Shown piece by piece: positions 16,732 through 26,112 of a DNA stretch of 64,000 bases; position 1 is the first letter of the stretch; the number at the start of each line of letters is the position of its first letter. Source of the DNA: Candidatus Spongiisociaceae bacterium (GTDB lineage Bacteria > Actinomycetota > Acidimicrobiia > Spongiisociales > Spongiisociaceae). The stretch lies in NCBI GenBank assembly GCA_965202665.1, contig OZ241841.1, positions 2,528,001 to 2,592,000 on the forward strand, in the 5' to 3' direction. A program made the translations under genes and the position numbers. A model generated the notes under the pieces. That model was not told where the DNA came from. It worked only from the letters and a program-made list of their open reading frames with translations, and searched no databases.

Positions 16732-17694
16732 ATGAGCCAGGAAAGCAGATTAAGCCGCGAACCGCAAATGGTTGACTTTCACACCCCGGTTCTGACCGGG
16801 GAAATAGTGGAGGTTTTCCGGCCGGTTACAGAGGGCGTCATCGTGGACGCCACCTTCGGCGGAGGCGGGCACGCGGCGGCCCTGCTGGACAACCTGGACG
16901 AAAAAGTGCGGGTGCTGGGGATCGATAGGGATCCCGAAGCGGTCGGACGGGCGGCCCCCCATCCGCGTTTGGAAGTACAAGTCGGGAACTTTGGAGAGAT
17001 GAAGCGGATACTTGCCGACAGGGGCATTGGCCGGATCGCCGGGGCGCTGTTCGACTTCGGCGTTTCCCGCCATCAGCTGGACTCCGCCGCCCGCGGTTTC
17101 TCCTATCGGCGGGACGGCCCGCTGGATATGCGGATGGGCCCCGACGCCCCTCTGACCGCCCGTCGCCTGGTCAACGACTCCCCCCTTTCCGAACTGGAGG
17201 GCATCCTGCGCCGCTTTGGGGAGGAGCCCGCCGCCCGCCGCATCGCGGCCGCCATCGTCGCAGCCCGCCCTGTGGAAACCACCGGACGGCTTAGCGAAGT
17301 GGTGCGCGCGGCCGCGCCCGCCGCCGCCCGCCGCCCGGGGCTTCATCCGGCCCGGCGCACCTTCCAGGCCCTGCGCATGGCGGTGAACGACGAGTTGACG
17401 GCGATAGCCGCCGGTTTGGAGCAGGCTTTGGCCGCCCTGGCCCCCGGCGGACGTTGCGCGGCCGTCTCCTACCATTCTTTGGAGGACCGGTTGGTTAAAC
17501 GCCGCTTCCGCCTGGGGGAGGGGAGGGGGGAGGGGCCGACTTTGCCGGTTCCGCCGCCGGTGGAACTGGTTTCCCTCCATCGCAAACCGTTGCGCCCCTC
17601 CGAGGAGGAAACCGCCCGCAACCCTTCCGCCCGCAGCGCCCGGTTGCGGGCGGTGGAAAAAACGGGAGCGGCCGCGCCGGGGGGGAGATTGTGA
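16732..17694 (+). CDS. rsmH: 16S rRNA m4C1402 methyltransferase
   Basis: HTPVL, DATFGGGGH, RGFSY, PLDMRM, FQALR, SYHSLEDR, NPSARSARLR. Confidence 0.97.
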   Translation: MSQESRLSREPQMVDFHTPVLTGEIVEVFRPVTEGVIVDATFGGGGHAAALLDNLDEKVRVLGIDRDPEAVGRAAPHPRLEVQVGNFGEMKRILADRGIGRIAGALFDFGVSRHQLDSAARGFSYRRDGPLDMRMGPDAPLTARRLVNDSPLSELEGILRRFGEEPAARRIAAAIVAARPVETTGRLSEVVRAAAPAAARRPGLHPARRTFQALRMAVNDELTAIAAGLEQALAALAPGGRCAAVSYHSLEDRLVKRRFRLGEGRGEGPTLPVPPPVELVSLHRKPLRPSEEETARNPSARSARLRAVEKTGAAAPGGRL

Positions 17695-18113
17695 CCGTCC
17701 GCCCGCTCCGCCGGTCGGAGAAGGCCCCGCCGTCGCTCACCGTTATCAGCGGAGGCGGGGGCAGGCGTTTCCGAGTGGCGCTGTGGGTGTTGGGACCGTT
17801 GCTGTCCGTGTCCATTTTCATGTCCCTCATTTTCATGCGCACCGCCTTGGATCAGTCCATCTACGAGTTGCGCAACCTCAACGAGCAGATAACCGAAGAA
17901 CGGGACCGGCGGCAAAGGTTGCGCCTGGAAATAACCCGTTTGTCCTCCCCGACCGTGATACTGCCCGCCGCCGAAGAGTTGGGGCTGATCCTCCCCGAGC
18001 GGGTGATGCAGCTGACGCCCTCCGGGCTGGGGCGGGACCGATCCGAATCGTCGTCCGATTTCCGAGACAACGACCCCACCCGGGATCTCACCCGCGCGGC
18101 GTCCGGACCTTGA
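17691..18113 (+). CDS. ftsL: FtsL-like cell division protein
   Basis: One TM helix plus coiled coil, between rsmH and ftsI. Confidence 0.7.
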   Translation: MTVRPLRRSEKAPPSLTVISGGGGRRFRVALWVLGPLLSVSIFMSLIFMRTALDQSIYELRNLNEQITEERDRRQRLRLEITRLSSPTVILPAAEELGLILPERVMQLTPSGLGRDRSESSSDFRDNDPTRDLTRAASGP

Positions 18114-18204
18114 GACCGTGAGCGCGGCATGACCGGAAACGCTGTGAGCGCGGGAGGCGGGCGTCGTTTCAGGCCGGCGGCGGCCGAGGCGCGGGAGGTC
18201 GGAT

Positions 18205-19974
18205 TTGGCTAGGTTCCGCTGGCGGGCGGCCGTCGACTACCGGATGCTGACCGTCATCCTGCTGGTGCTCACCTGTTGGGGGGTGATCGGCTACCGCCTG
18301 TTTCAGGTGCAGGTGGTGGACGCCTCCGACTATCGGGAGGCGGCCGAGTCGCAACGGATCAGGGTGCGGGAAACCACCCCCGCCCGGGGGGTTATTTACG
18401 ACCGCCAGGGACGGGTGATGGCGGTCAGCGTCGACTCCCGCTCCGTCTACGCCGACCCCCGCCAGATCGAAAATCCGGCCGGGACGGCGGCCGTGTTGGG
18501 CGGCTTGCTGCGGTTGGACATCGCCCGGTTGGAGAAACGTCTGCGTTCCGACGCTTCGTTCGTGTTCGTGGCCCGCCAGTTGGACGACGAGTTGGCCGAT
18601 GAAGTGGAATCCTTGGAGTTCCCCGGCATCCACTTCACGACCGAGCCGAAACGAATGTACCCTTCCGGCCCGCTCGGTTCGCACGTCTTGGGGTTCGTTG
18701 ACGTGGACTCCAAGGGCATAGAAGGGTTGGAGTCCTTCTACGATGTTCAGTTGGCCGGCGCCCCGGGGCGGATTCTCGCCGAAACCGCCCCCGGCGGCCT
18801 GCTCATCCCGCAGGGCCGCCACGAGATAGAACCGGCCGTCCCCGGGATGGACCTGATCACCACTTTGGACCGGGAGGTGCAGTTCACCTCCGAACAGGCC
18901 TGCCGGGACGCCTTGGAGCAGTCCCTGGCCCAACGGTGCACGGTGGTGGTGTTGGACGCCCGCACTTTCGAAGTGCTGGCCATGGCGGTCATCCCCACCT
19001 TCGACCCCGGCGACCGGCGCACGTTGGATCCGAGCAGCGGGGTGCTGACCAACACCGCCGTCCGGGCCGTCTACGAACCGGGTTCCACCCAGAAGCTGGT
19101 GACGGTGACGGCCGCCATCGAAGAGGGGGTGGTGGACTGGAACACCTTGTATCTGGTGCCCGACACCATCGAAGTGGTGGAGGGCGCCTGCGAGTTGGAA
19201 TCCGACGGGGAGGACGGGGACGGCGGGGAGGAAGTGGAGGAGGCGGTGGAGATTCTGGGATGCTATCGGGATTTCAGCCCCCACAAAGACGAGGTGATGA
19301 GCGTCAAAGACTGCCTGCGGGAATCCTCCAACGTGTGCATGGTCAAAATCGCCCAGGATCTGGGGGCGGAGAAACTGGAGAAGTACCTGGAAGGGTTCGG
19401 CTACGGGCGGGGAACGGGAATCGACTATCCGGGCGAGGCGTCCGGGGAGGTGAACCTGGAATACGGGTGCTCCACCTGCCCCACGTCGGCCGCCATCGGA
19501 TATTCCCTGTCGGTCACCCCGTTGCAGTTGGCCGGCGTCTACGCGGCCATCGCCAACGACGGGGTGTGGCGGCAGCCCCGCTTGGTGTCCAGCGTGGTGG
19601 ACGGGGAGGGGCGCCGCCTCACCGAAGCGGGGGCTTCCCGGCGGGTGGTGTCGGAGGACACGGCCCGCATAATGCGCGCCCTGTTGCGCGAGGTGGTGGA
19701 CAACGGAACCGGGCGGCTGGCGGCCGTCCCCGGTTATTCGGTGGGCGGCAAAACGGGAACCGCCCGCAAGTTCAACTACGAGCTCAGGGCCTACGGGGAC
19801 GAATTTTTGGTCAGTTTCGTGGGGATGTCCCCGGTGGACGATCCGCGGCTGGTGGCGGCGGTGATGGTGGACAGCCCGCAGCTGGGCCTCACCGGCGGGT
19901 CGGTGGCGGCGCCGGTGTTCGCCCGGGTGATGGAACGGGCCTTGCACCAGCTGGGGGTTCCGGCCGATGCCTAG
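18205..19974 (+). CDS. ftsI: Class B penicillin-binding protein FtsI
   Basis: RGVIYDR, YEPGSTQK, SSN, GKTGTA. Confidence 0.93.
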   Translation: MARFRWRAAVDYRMLTVILLVLTCWGVIGYRLFQVQVVDASDYREAAESQRIRVRETTPARGVIYDRQGRVMAVSVDSRSVYADPRQIENPAGTAAVLGGLLRLDIARLEKRLRSDASFVFVARQLDDELADEVESLEFPGIHFTTEPKRMYPSGPLGSHVLGFVDVDSKGIEGLESFYDVQLAGAPGRILAETAPGGLLIPQGRHEIEPAVPGMDLITTLDREVQFTSEQACRDALEQSLAQRCTVVVLDARTFEVLAMAVIPTFDPGDRRTLDPSSGVLTNTAVRAVYEPGSTQKLVTVTAAIEEGVVDWNTLYLVPDTIEVVEGACELESDGEDGDGGEEVEEAVEILGCYRDFSPHKDEVMSVKDCLRESSNVCMVKIAQDLGAEKLEKYLEGFGYGRGTGIDYPGEASGEVNLEYGCSTCPTSAAIGYSLSVTPLQLAGVYAAIANDGVWRQPRLVSSVVDGEGRRLTEAGASRRVVSEDTARIMRALLREVVDNGTGRLAAVPGYSVGGKTGTARKFNYELRAYGDEFLVSFVGMSPVDDPRLVAAVMVDSPQLGLTGGSVAAPVFARVMERALHQLGVPADA

Positions 19975-21481
19975 CCCCCCACCCGCCCGGGGACCCTCGG
20001 TGGGCGAGCTGGCCCGGTTGCTGGGCGGCGAGTTGCTGGGCGGCGGGGAGGTTCGCATTCGGGATGTGACGCATGACAGCCGGCAAGCCGCACCCGGGTT
20101 TCTGTTCGCCGCCGTCCGCGGCTTCCAAACCGACGGGCATGATTACGCGGCGGAGGCGGTCGCCGGGGGGGCCTCCGCCCTGCTGGTGGAAGAGTTCGCC
20201 CCGGTGGATAAGCCCCAGATCAAAGTGGCCGACGTCCGCCGCGCCCTGGCCCCGGCCGCGGCCGCGGTGCACGGCCATCCTTCCCGGCGCATGCGGCTGA
20301 TCGGCGTGACCGGCACCAACGGCAAAACCACGGTCGCTTTCATGTTGCAGTCTGTTGCGGCCGCGGCGGGCGTCCCGTTCGGCCGGTTGGGAACCCTGGG
20401 CGCCTGGTGGGGCGGGCGCGCCGTGCCGCATTCCCGCACCACTCCGGAAGCCCCCGACCTGCAGCGGCTGTTGGCGGAGATGGCCGACGAGGGGGTGCGC
20501 ATGGCGGCCATGGAAGCCACTTCCCACGCCTTGGCCCTGCACCGGGTGGAGGAGGTTTCTTTGGCGGCCGCCGCCTTCACCAACCTTTCCCAGGATCATC
20601 TCGATTTCCATTCCGGGATGGAAGACTATTTCCAAACCAAGCGGCGGCTGTTCGATGAGCGGGCCCGTCAGAAGGTGATTTGGGTGGAGGATGAATACGG
20701 GGCCCGGTTGGCCGGTTCCGTCGCCCCGCCGGTGACCGCCGTCGGCTGGTCTCCGTCCCATGAGGTGAGCGGCCGGGCGCTGTCCGAGGAGAGGTTGGAG
20801 ATAACCATCGCCGGGGAGGGGCGGTGCTCCGTCCGCCTGAACCTGGGGGGGCGCCACAATATGGCAAACGCCCTTTTGGCGGCCGGTTGCGCCCACCGGA
20901 CGGGAGTGGATTTTGACGACATCGCCCGCGGCTTGTCCTCCATGCCCCCCATTCCCGGCCGGATGCAACCGGTGGAGCGGGGGCAGCCTTTCCGGGTGCT
21001 GGTGGATTACGCCCACACCCCGGATGCGGTGCGCGCGGCGGTGGACGCCGCCCGCCGGATGGGGGAGGGGCGGGTGATTGCGGTGGCGGGGGCGGCCGGG
21101 GATCGGGACCGGGCCAAGCGCCCCCTGTTGGGCCGGGCGGCGGCCGGGGCCGATGTGGCGGTCATCACCTCCGACAATCCCCGCTCGGAGGACCCGGCGA
21201 CGGTGGTGGAGGAGGTGGCGGCGGGGGCCCGGCGGGAGGGGGCGGTGGTGATGCGCGTGGTGGACCGGGCGCAGGCCATCGGGGCGGCGCTGGAGGAGGC
21301 GCGGTCGGGCGACGTGGTGCTAATCCTCGGCAAAGGGCACGAAACCGGGCAAGATTTCGGGGAGCGGGTGGTCCCGTTCGACGACCGGGAGGCGGCCGCC
21401 CGTCACTTGGAGGCCCGCTACGGGGATTCGGGGAGCCGGCCGGAGGAAGAAGCGGACATCGGGGAGAGGCGGGTCGTATGA
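19967..21481 (+). CDS. murE: UDP-MurNAc-tripeptide synthetase (DAP-type)
   Basis: GVTGTNGKTT, TTPEA, NLSQDHLDFH, VDYAHTPD, DNPR, GKGHE. Confidence 0.96.
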   Translation: MPSPPPARGPSVGELARLLGGELLGGGEVRIRDVTHDSRQAAPGFLFAAVRGFQTDGHDYAAEAVAGGASALLVEEFAPVDKPQIKVADVRRALAPAAAAVHGHPSRRMRLIGVTGTNGKTTVAFMLQSVAAAAGVPFGRLGTLGAWWGGRAVPHSRTTPEAPDLQRLLAEMADEGVRMAAMEATSHALALHRVEEVSLAAAAFTNLSQDHLDFHSGMEDYFQTKRRLFDERARQKVIWVEDEYGARLAGSVAPPVTAVGWSPSHEVSGRALSEERLEITIAGEGRCSVRLNLGGRHNMANALLAAGCAHRTGVDFDDIARGLSSMPPIPGRMQPVERGQPFRVLVDYAHTPDAVRAAVDAARRMGEGRVIAVAGAAGDRDRAKRPLLGRAAAGADVAVITSDNPRSEDPATVVEEVAAGARREGAVVMRVVDRAQAIGAALEEARSGDVVLILGKGHETGQDFGERVVPFDDREAAARHLEARYGDSGSRPEEEADIGERRVV

Positions 21482-22542
21482 TAGCCATGCTGATCGCCGC
21501 CACCGCCGCCTTCGCGGTGGCCCTGTTCGGCACCGCCTACGCCATCCGGGTGTTGCGGGCGCTGAACGTGGGCCAGTTCATCCAGGAGGAACTGGAAGGC
21601 CACATGCACAAGCGGGGCACCCCCACCATGGGGGGGATCGCCATCGTGCTGGCCATCACGGTCGGTTACGCGGCTTCGCTGGTGCGGGTGGGGAGCGGGG
21701 GGTTGTCCATGCGAAGTTTCAGCGGGGCCGGGTTTCTGGTGATCGGGGCGGTGGCGGGAATGGGTTTGATCGGCTTCATCGACGACTATCAGAAACTTTC
21801 CAAGTCCCGCAATCGGGGTTTGGGCAAGGCGGCCAAGCTGATCGGGCAACTGGCCATCGCCGGGCTGTTCGCCTGGGGGGCGGCGGCGATGGGAGCGGAC
21901 ACCGCCCTGGCTTTCACCCGCCCCACCGGATTGGACTGGGGGGTGTTCGCTTTTGCGGTGTGGGTGTTGCTGATGCTCACCGGGTTCGCCAACGCGGTCA
22001 ACATCACCGACGGCTTGGACGGGTTGGCCTCCGGTTCCGCGGCGCTGGTGTCCGGGGCGTACATCATCGTGGCCTTCTGGATTTTCCGCCATCCCAGCCT
22101 CTATCAGGTGGAGGGGAGCTTGGATCTGGCGGCGGTGGCGGCCGCCATGCTGGGGGCGTCGCTGGGATTTCTGTGGTGGAACACCGCCCCCGCCAAAATC
22201 ATCATGGGCGACGTCGGCTCCCAGGCTTTGGGGGGCGGCCTGGCCGCTTTGGCGCTGCTCACCAACACCCATCTGCTGCTGTTGGTGCTGGGCGGGCTGT
22301 ACGTGATAGAAACCCTGTCGGTCATCCTGCAGGTGGCCGGTTTTCACTGGCTGGGGGGGCGGCGCCTGTTCCGCATGGCCCCCCTCCACCATCATTTTGA
22401 ACTGATGGGCTGGCCGGAGACCACCGTCATCACCCGCCTGTGGATTCTGGCCGCGGCCGGTGTGGCGGTGGGGCTGGGCATTTTCTACGCCGATTTTCTG
22501 GCGGCGGGGGGGACCGAGCCGGTGTTCGGGGCGGCCGGATGA
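21478..22542 (+). CDS. mraY: Phospho-MurNAc-pentapeptide transferase
   Basis: KRGTPTMGG, NAVNITDGLDGL, MGDVGS, MAPLHHHFE. Confidence 0.97.
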   Translation: MIAMLIAATAAFAVALFGTAYAIRVLRALNVGQFIQEELEGHMHKRGTPTMGGIAIVLAITVGYAASLVRVGSGGLSMRSFSGAGFLVIGAVAGMGLIGFIDDYQKLSKSRNRGLGKAAKLIGQLAIAGLFAWGAAAMGADTALAFTRPTGLDWGVFAFAVWVLLMLTGFANAVNITDGLDGLASGSAALVSGAYIIVAFWIFRHPSLYQVEGSLDLAAVAAAMLGASLGFLWWNTAPAKIIMGDVGSQALGGGLAALALLTNTHLLLLVLGGLYVIETLSVILQVAGFHWLGGRRLFRMAPLHHHFELMGWPETTVITRLWILAAAGVAVGLGIFYADFLAAGGTEPVFGAAG

Positions 22543-23864
22543 GGGTTCTGGTACTGGGAGCGGCCGTGTCCGGACGGGGGGCGGGAGCCCTGTTGCAACG
22601 GGACGGGGTGGAACATCTGGTGTACGACCGCCGCCCGGAGGCCGTGGCCCCGCTGGCCGCGCAGGGGGCGGAAACGGCGGCCGGGGAGTGGCGGGATGAG
22701 TTGCTACGCGATGCGGACCTGGTGGTGGCCAGTCCCGGGTTCGCCCCGCATTCGGCCCCGTTGCGGGCGGCGGCCCGGGCCGGGGTGGAAACGGTGAGCG
22801 AATTGGAGTTGGCCTTGCGCAGCCTGGACTGCCCGTTGGCGGCGGTGACCGGAACCAACGGCAAGACCACCGTGGTGGAGCAGACGGCGGCCATGCTGCG
22901 GGAAGCCGGGATGCGGGCGGCGGCGGCGGGCAACAGCGGCCGGGCGGCCAGCGACGCCGCCCTTTGCGAATGGGACGCCCTGGTTTTGGAAGCCTCCAGT
23001 TTCCAGTTGGAATACACCTCTTCTTTGCGCCCCCGGGCGGCGGCGCTCCTCAACCTGGCCCCCGACCATTTGGACTGGCACGGGTCCATGGACCGCTACC
23101 GGGCGGCCAAAGCCAAAATTTTCCAAGGGGTTTCCGGCTCCGATCTTATGATCTACGACTACGACGACCCGGAGGCCCGTTCGCTGGCCGCCGGGGGGAG
23201 GGGGGCGCACGTCCCGATCACCGGAGCCGGGGGTGGGGGAGGGGTTTCCCGGTGGGGCCGGGCCGGGGATCGGCTGCTCCTGCCGTGCGGGGAGATGCCG
23301 TTGCAGGATGTTCCGGTGCGGGATCCCGCCTTTTTGACGGATCTGACCGCGGCCGCGGCCGCCGCCGGCCGGCTGGGGGCCGACTGCGGGTCCATCATGA
23401 ACGTGATAAGCCGCTTTCGTCCCGGGGCCCACCGCCGCCAGCCGGCGGGCGAAGGGGGCGGGGTGAGGTGGGTGAACGATTCCAAAGCCACCAATCCGCA
23501 CGCGGTCGTCGCCGCGGCCGCCGCCTATCCGTCGGTGGTGCTGATCGCGGGCGGGCGCAACAAGGGACTGGACCTGGGTCCGCTGACCTCCCTCCCCACC
23601 GTTCGCTTCCTGATCGCCATCGGGGAATCCGCCGGGTTTTTGCTGTCCCGTTGCCCGCCCGGGGCCGGAGCGGAGGCCGCTTCCTTGGAGGAGGCGGTGG
23701 AAGCGGCGGCCCGGGCGGCCGTCCCCGGGGACACGGTGTTGTTTTCCCCTGGTTGCGCCAGCTTCGACATGTTTTCCTCCTACCAGGAACGGGGGGAGGC
23801 TTTCATGCGGCTGGCGGCGTCGGCGGCGTCGGCGGATATCGTTTCGGCGGGGAGCGCGGCGTGA
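22539..23864 (+). CDS. murD: UDP-MurNAc-L-Ala:D-Glu ligase
   Basis: VTGTNGKTT, LEASSFQL, NLAPDHLDWH, NDSKATN, SPGCASFDMF. Confidence 0.95.
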   Translation: MRVLVLGAAVSGRGAGALLQRDGVEHLVYDRRPEAVAPLAAQGAETAAGEWRDELLRDADLVVASPGFAPHSAPLRAAARAGVETVSELELALRSLDCPLAAVTGTNGKTTVVEQTAAMLREAGMRAAAAGNSGRAASDAALCEWDALVLEASSFQLEYTSSLRPRAAALLNLAPDHLDWHGSMDRYRAAKAKIFQGVSGSDLMIYDYDDPEARSLAAGGRGAHVPITGAGGGGGVSRWGRAGDRLLLPCGEMPLQDVPVRDPAFLTDLTAAAAAAGRLGADCGSIMNVISRFRPGAHRRQPAGEGGGVRWVNDSKATNPHAVVAAAAAYPSVVLIAGGRNKGLDLGPLTSLPTVRFLIAIGESAGFLLSRCPPGAGAEAASLEEAVEAAARAAVPGDTVLFSPGCASFDMFSSYQERGEAFMRLAASAASADIVSAGSAA

Positions 23865-25027
23865 ACCGGGTGATTTCCATTTCCAATCTGCTGGCCCGGG
23901 CCGGGCGCCGGGGGGCGGCGGAGCGCAACCGGACCCGGTTGTCGTTGATGATCCTGGCCGTGGTGGGGGTGTTGCTGGTGGTGGGACTGGGGGCCACCAT
24001 GTCGGCCTCCTCGGTGGAGGGCATCCTGGAAAACTCGGACCGCCTGGCGGTGTTCAAACGGCAGGTGCGGTGGGTGGCGGTGGGGGCGGCGGCCATGCTC
24101 GCCACTTCCCGCATCCCCTACTCCAAGTACCGCGCCGCCGCGTTGCCCGTCCTGATCGCCTCCGCGTCCGGGTTGTTGCTGGTGCTGGCCTTGGGGGTGA
24201 TCCGGGGCGGGGCCCGGCGCTGGATAGAAGTCGGTTCCATAACCGTGCAACCCTCCGAAATCGCCAAGTTGGGGATGGTGGTTTTTTTGGCGGCCGCCCT
24301 CACCGGCCTGGGGGACCGCGTTTCCGACCTGAAAGCGCTGGCGGCTCCGGTGATGGCGTCGGTGGGACTGATTTGCCTGCTGGTGGTGTTGCAGCCCGAT
24401 CTGGGCACCACCATCGTGATCGCGGTCACCGGGTGGGGAATGATCCTGGCGGCCGGGGCCCCCGCCCGCTACGTTGCGGGAGGGGCGCTGCTGGGGGCGG
24501 GGGCGATGGCGCTGCTGGCGGTGGTTTCCCCGTACCGCCGGGCCCGTTTGGGATGCTTTTTGGATCCGCTGTCCGACCCGCTGGGAGACTGCTTCCAACT
24601 AACCCAGAGCCTGATGGCCTTGGGCAGCGGGAACCTGTTCGGGTTGGGGGTGGGGGCTTCCCGGGCCCGATGGGCCTATCTGCCCAACGCCCACACCGAC
24701 TTTATTTTCGCCATCATCGCCGAAGAGCTGGGCTTCATCGGGGCGGTTACGCTTTTGACTTTCTTCGCGGCCCTGGTCGTCATCGGGGTGGTGATCGCCT
24801 CCCGCACCTCCGACCCGTTCGCCCGCCTGCTGGCTTTGGGAATCACCGTCTGGTTGAGCGTGCAGGCCATCATCAACGTGGGGGGCGTGGTGGGGGTGAT
24901 ACCGGTGACCGGGCTGGCCCTGCCTTTCGTGTCGGTGGGGGGGACGGCCATGTTGTCTTCCATGGCGGCCATGGGGGTTCTGATCAACATCGCCCACACC
25001 GCCCCCGGGGTGCGGTCCCGGCAGTGA
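23861..25027 (+). CDS. ftsW: Lipid II polymerase FtsW
   Basis: GARRWI, QPSEIAK, QPDLGT, PNAHTDFIF, LPFVSVGG. Confidence 0.95.
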   Translation: MNRVISISNLLARAGRRGAAERNRTRLSLMILAVVGVLLVVGLGATMSASSVEGILENSDRLAVFKRQVRWVAVGAAAMLATSRIPYSKYRAAALPVLIASASGLLLVLALGVIRGGARRWIEVGSITVQPSEIAKLGMVVFLAAALTGLGDRVSDLKALAAPVMASVGLICLLVVLQPDLGTTIVIAVTGWGMILAAGAPARYVAGGALLGAGAMALLAVVSPYRRARLGCFLDPLSDPLGDCFQLTQSLMALGSGNLFGLGVGASRARWAYLPNAHTDFIFAIIAEELGFIGAVTLLTFFAALVVIGVVIASRTSDPFARLLALGITVWLSVQAIINVGGVVGVIPVTGLALPFVSVGGTAMLSSMAAMGVLINIAHTAPGVRSRQ

Positions 25028-26112
25028 GTTACGGGATAGCCGCCGCCGGAACGGGGGGCCATGTCTTCCCCGGCCTGGCGGTGGCCGAGGCGTTGGCCGC
25101 CCGCGGCGTGGAACGGGAGCGGGTGGTTTTTTTCGGGGGTTCCCGAATGGAGGCGGAAGCGGTTCCCCGGGCCGGTTTCGGGTTCGTTCCGTTGCGGATA
25201 CGGGGACTGTCCCGCAGCCTGCGTCCCGGCAACCTGGGCCTGCCGGCGGTGGTGTGGAAAGCGGCCGGGACGGTGCGGCGGGAGATAGAGGAGCGGGGGA
25301 TGCGGGCCGTGCTGGGGATGGGCGGATACGTTACGGTTCCCGCCGCTCTGGGGGCCCGCCGGGCCGGGACGCCCCTGTTTTTGCACGAGCAGAACCGCCG
25401 GGCCGGTTTGGCCAATCGGATGTGCCGCCGCTGGGCGGGGCGGTGCTTCGGCTCTTTCCCGGCCACCGACGGCCTGCCGGGGGCGGTCCCGGCCGGTTAT
25501 CCGTTGCGCCCCCTGTTCGACGGCTACCGCCGGGAACGATGGCGGGAGGCCGCCGTGGAACATTACCGGTTGGACCCCGGCTCGCCCACTTTGGGGGCTT
25601 TCGGGGGGAGCCAGGGTTCGGCGGCGATCAACCGGGCGGTGGGGGATTTGGCAGCCGGGTGGGAGGGGCCGCCCTTGCAGGTGGTTCATCTCACCGGGGA
25701 GGCGCATTTGGGGCAGACGGAGACGGGGGGGGACGCGGCGGCGGTTACGCGGCGCACGGTCGGCTTCGAACAGCGCATGGAACTTTTTTACGCGGCCTGC
25801 GATCTGGTGGTGGGGCGGGCGGGGGGAGGCTTGTTCGAGATCGCCTCCACCGGAACCCCGGCCGTGCTGGCCCCGGGGCCGTTCGCCGGACGGCACCAGC
25901 TGGAGAACGCGTCCGCCATGGCGGAGACGGGGGCGGCGGTGATGCTGGCCGAAGAGAATTTGCACCTGTTGCCGGAGACGGTGGCCGGACTGCTGGCCGA
26001 TGGGGAACGGAGGCGGGCGATGGGGGAGGCGGCCCGGGCCGTAGCCCGGCCGGGGGCGGCCCGGGCCATCGCCGCCGCCATGCTGGAGGCGGGTGATGCC
26101 CCCGGCGGATGA
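25024..26112 (+). CDS. murG: MurG glycosyltransferase
   Basis: GTGGHVFP, GGYV, HEQN, GGSQGS, HQLENA. Confidence 0.95.
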   Translation: MSYGIAAAGTGGHVFPGLAVAEALAARGVERERVVFFGGSRMEAEAVPRAGFGFVPLRIRGLSRSLRPGNLGLPAVVWKAAGTVRREIEERGMRAVLGMGGYVTVPAALGARRAGTPLFLHEQNRRAGLANRMCRRWAGRCFGSFPATDGLPGAVPAGYPLRPLFDGYRRERWREAAVEHYRLDPGSPTLGAFGGSQGSAAINRAVGDLAAGWEGPPLQVVHLTGEAHLGQTETGGDAAAVTRRTVGFEQRMELFYAACDLVVGRAGGGLFEIASTGTPAVLAPGPFAGRHQLENASAMAETGAAVMLAEENLHLLPETVAGLLADGERRRAMGEAARAVARPGAARAIAAAMLEAGDAPGG

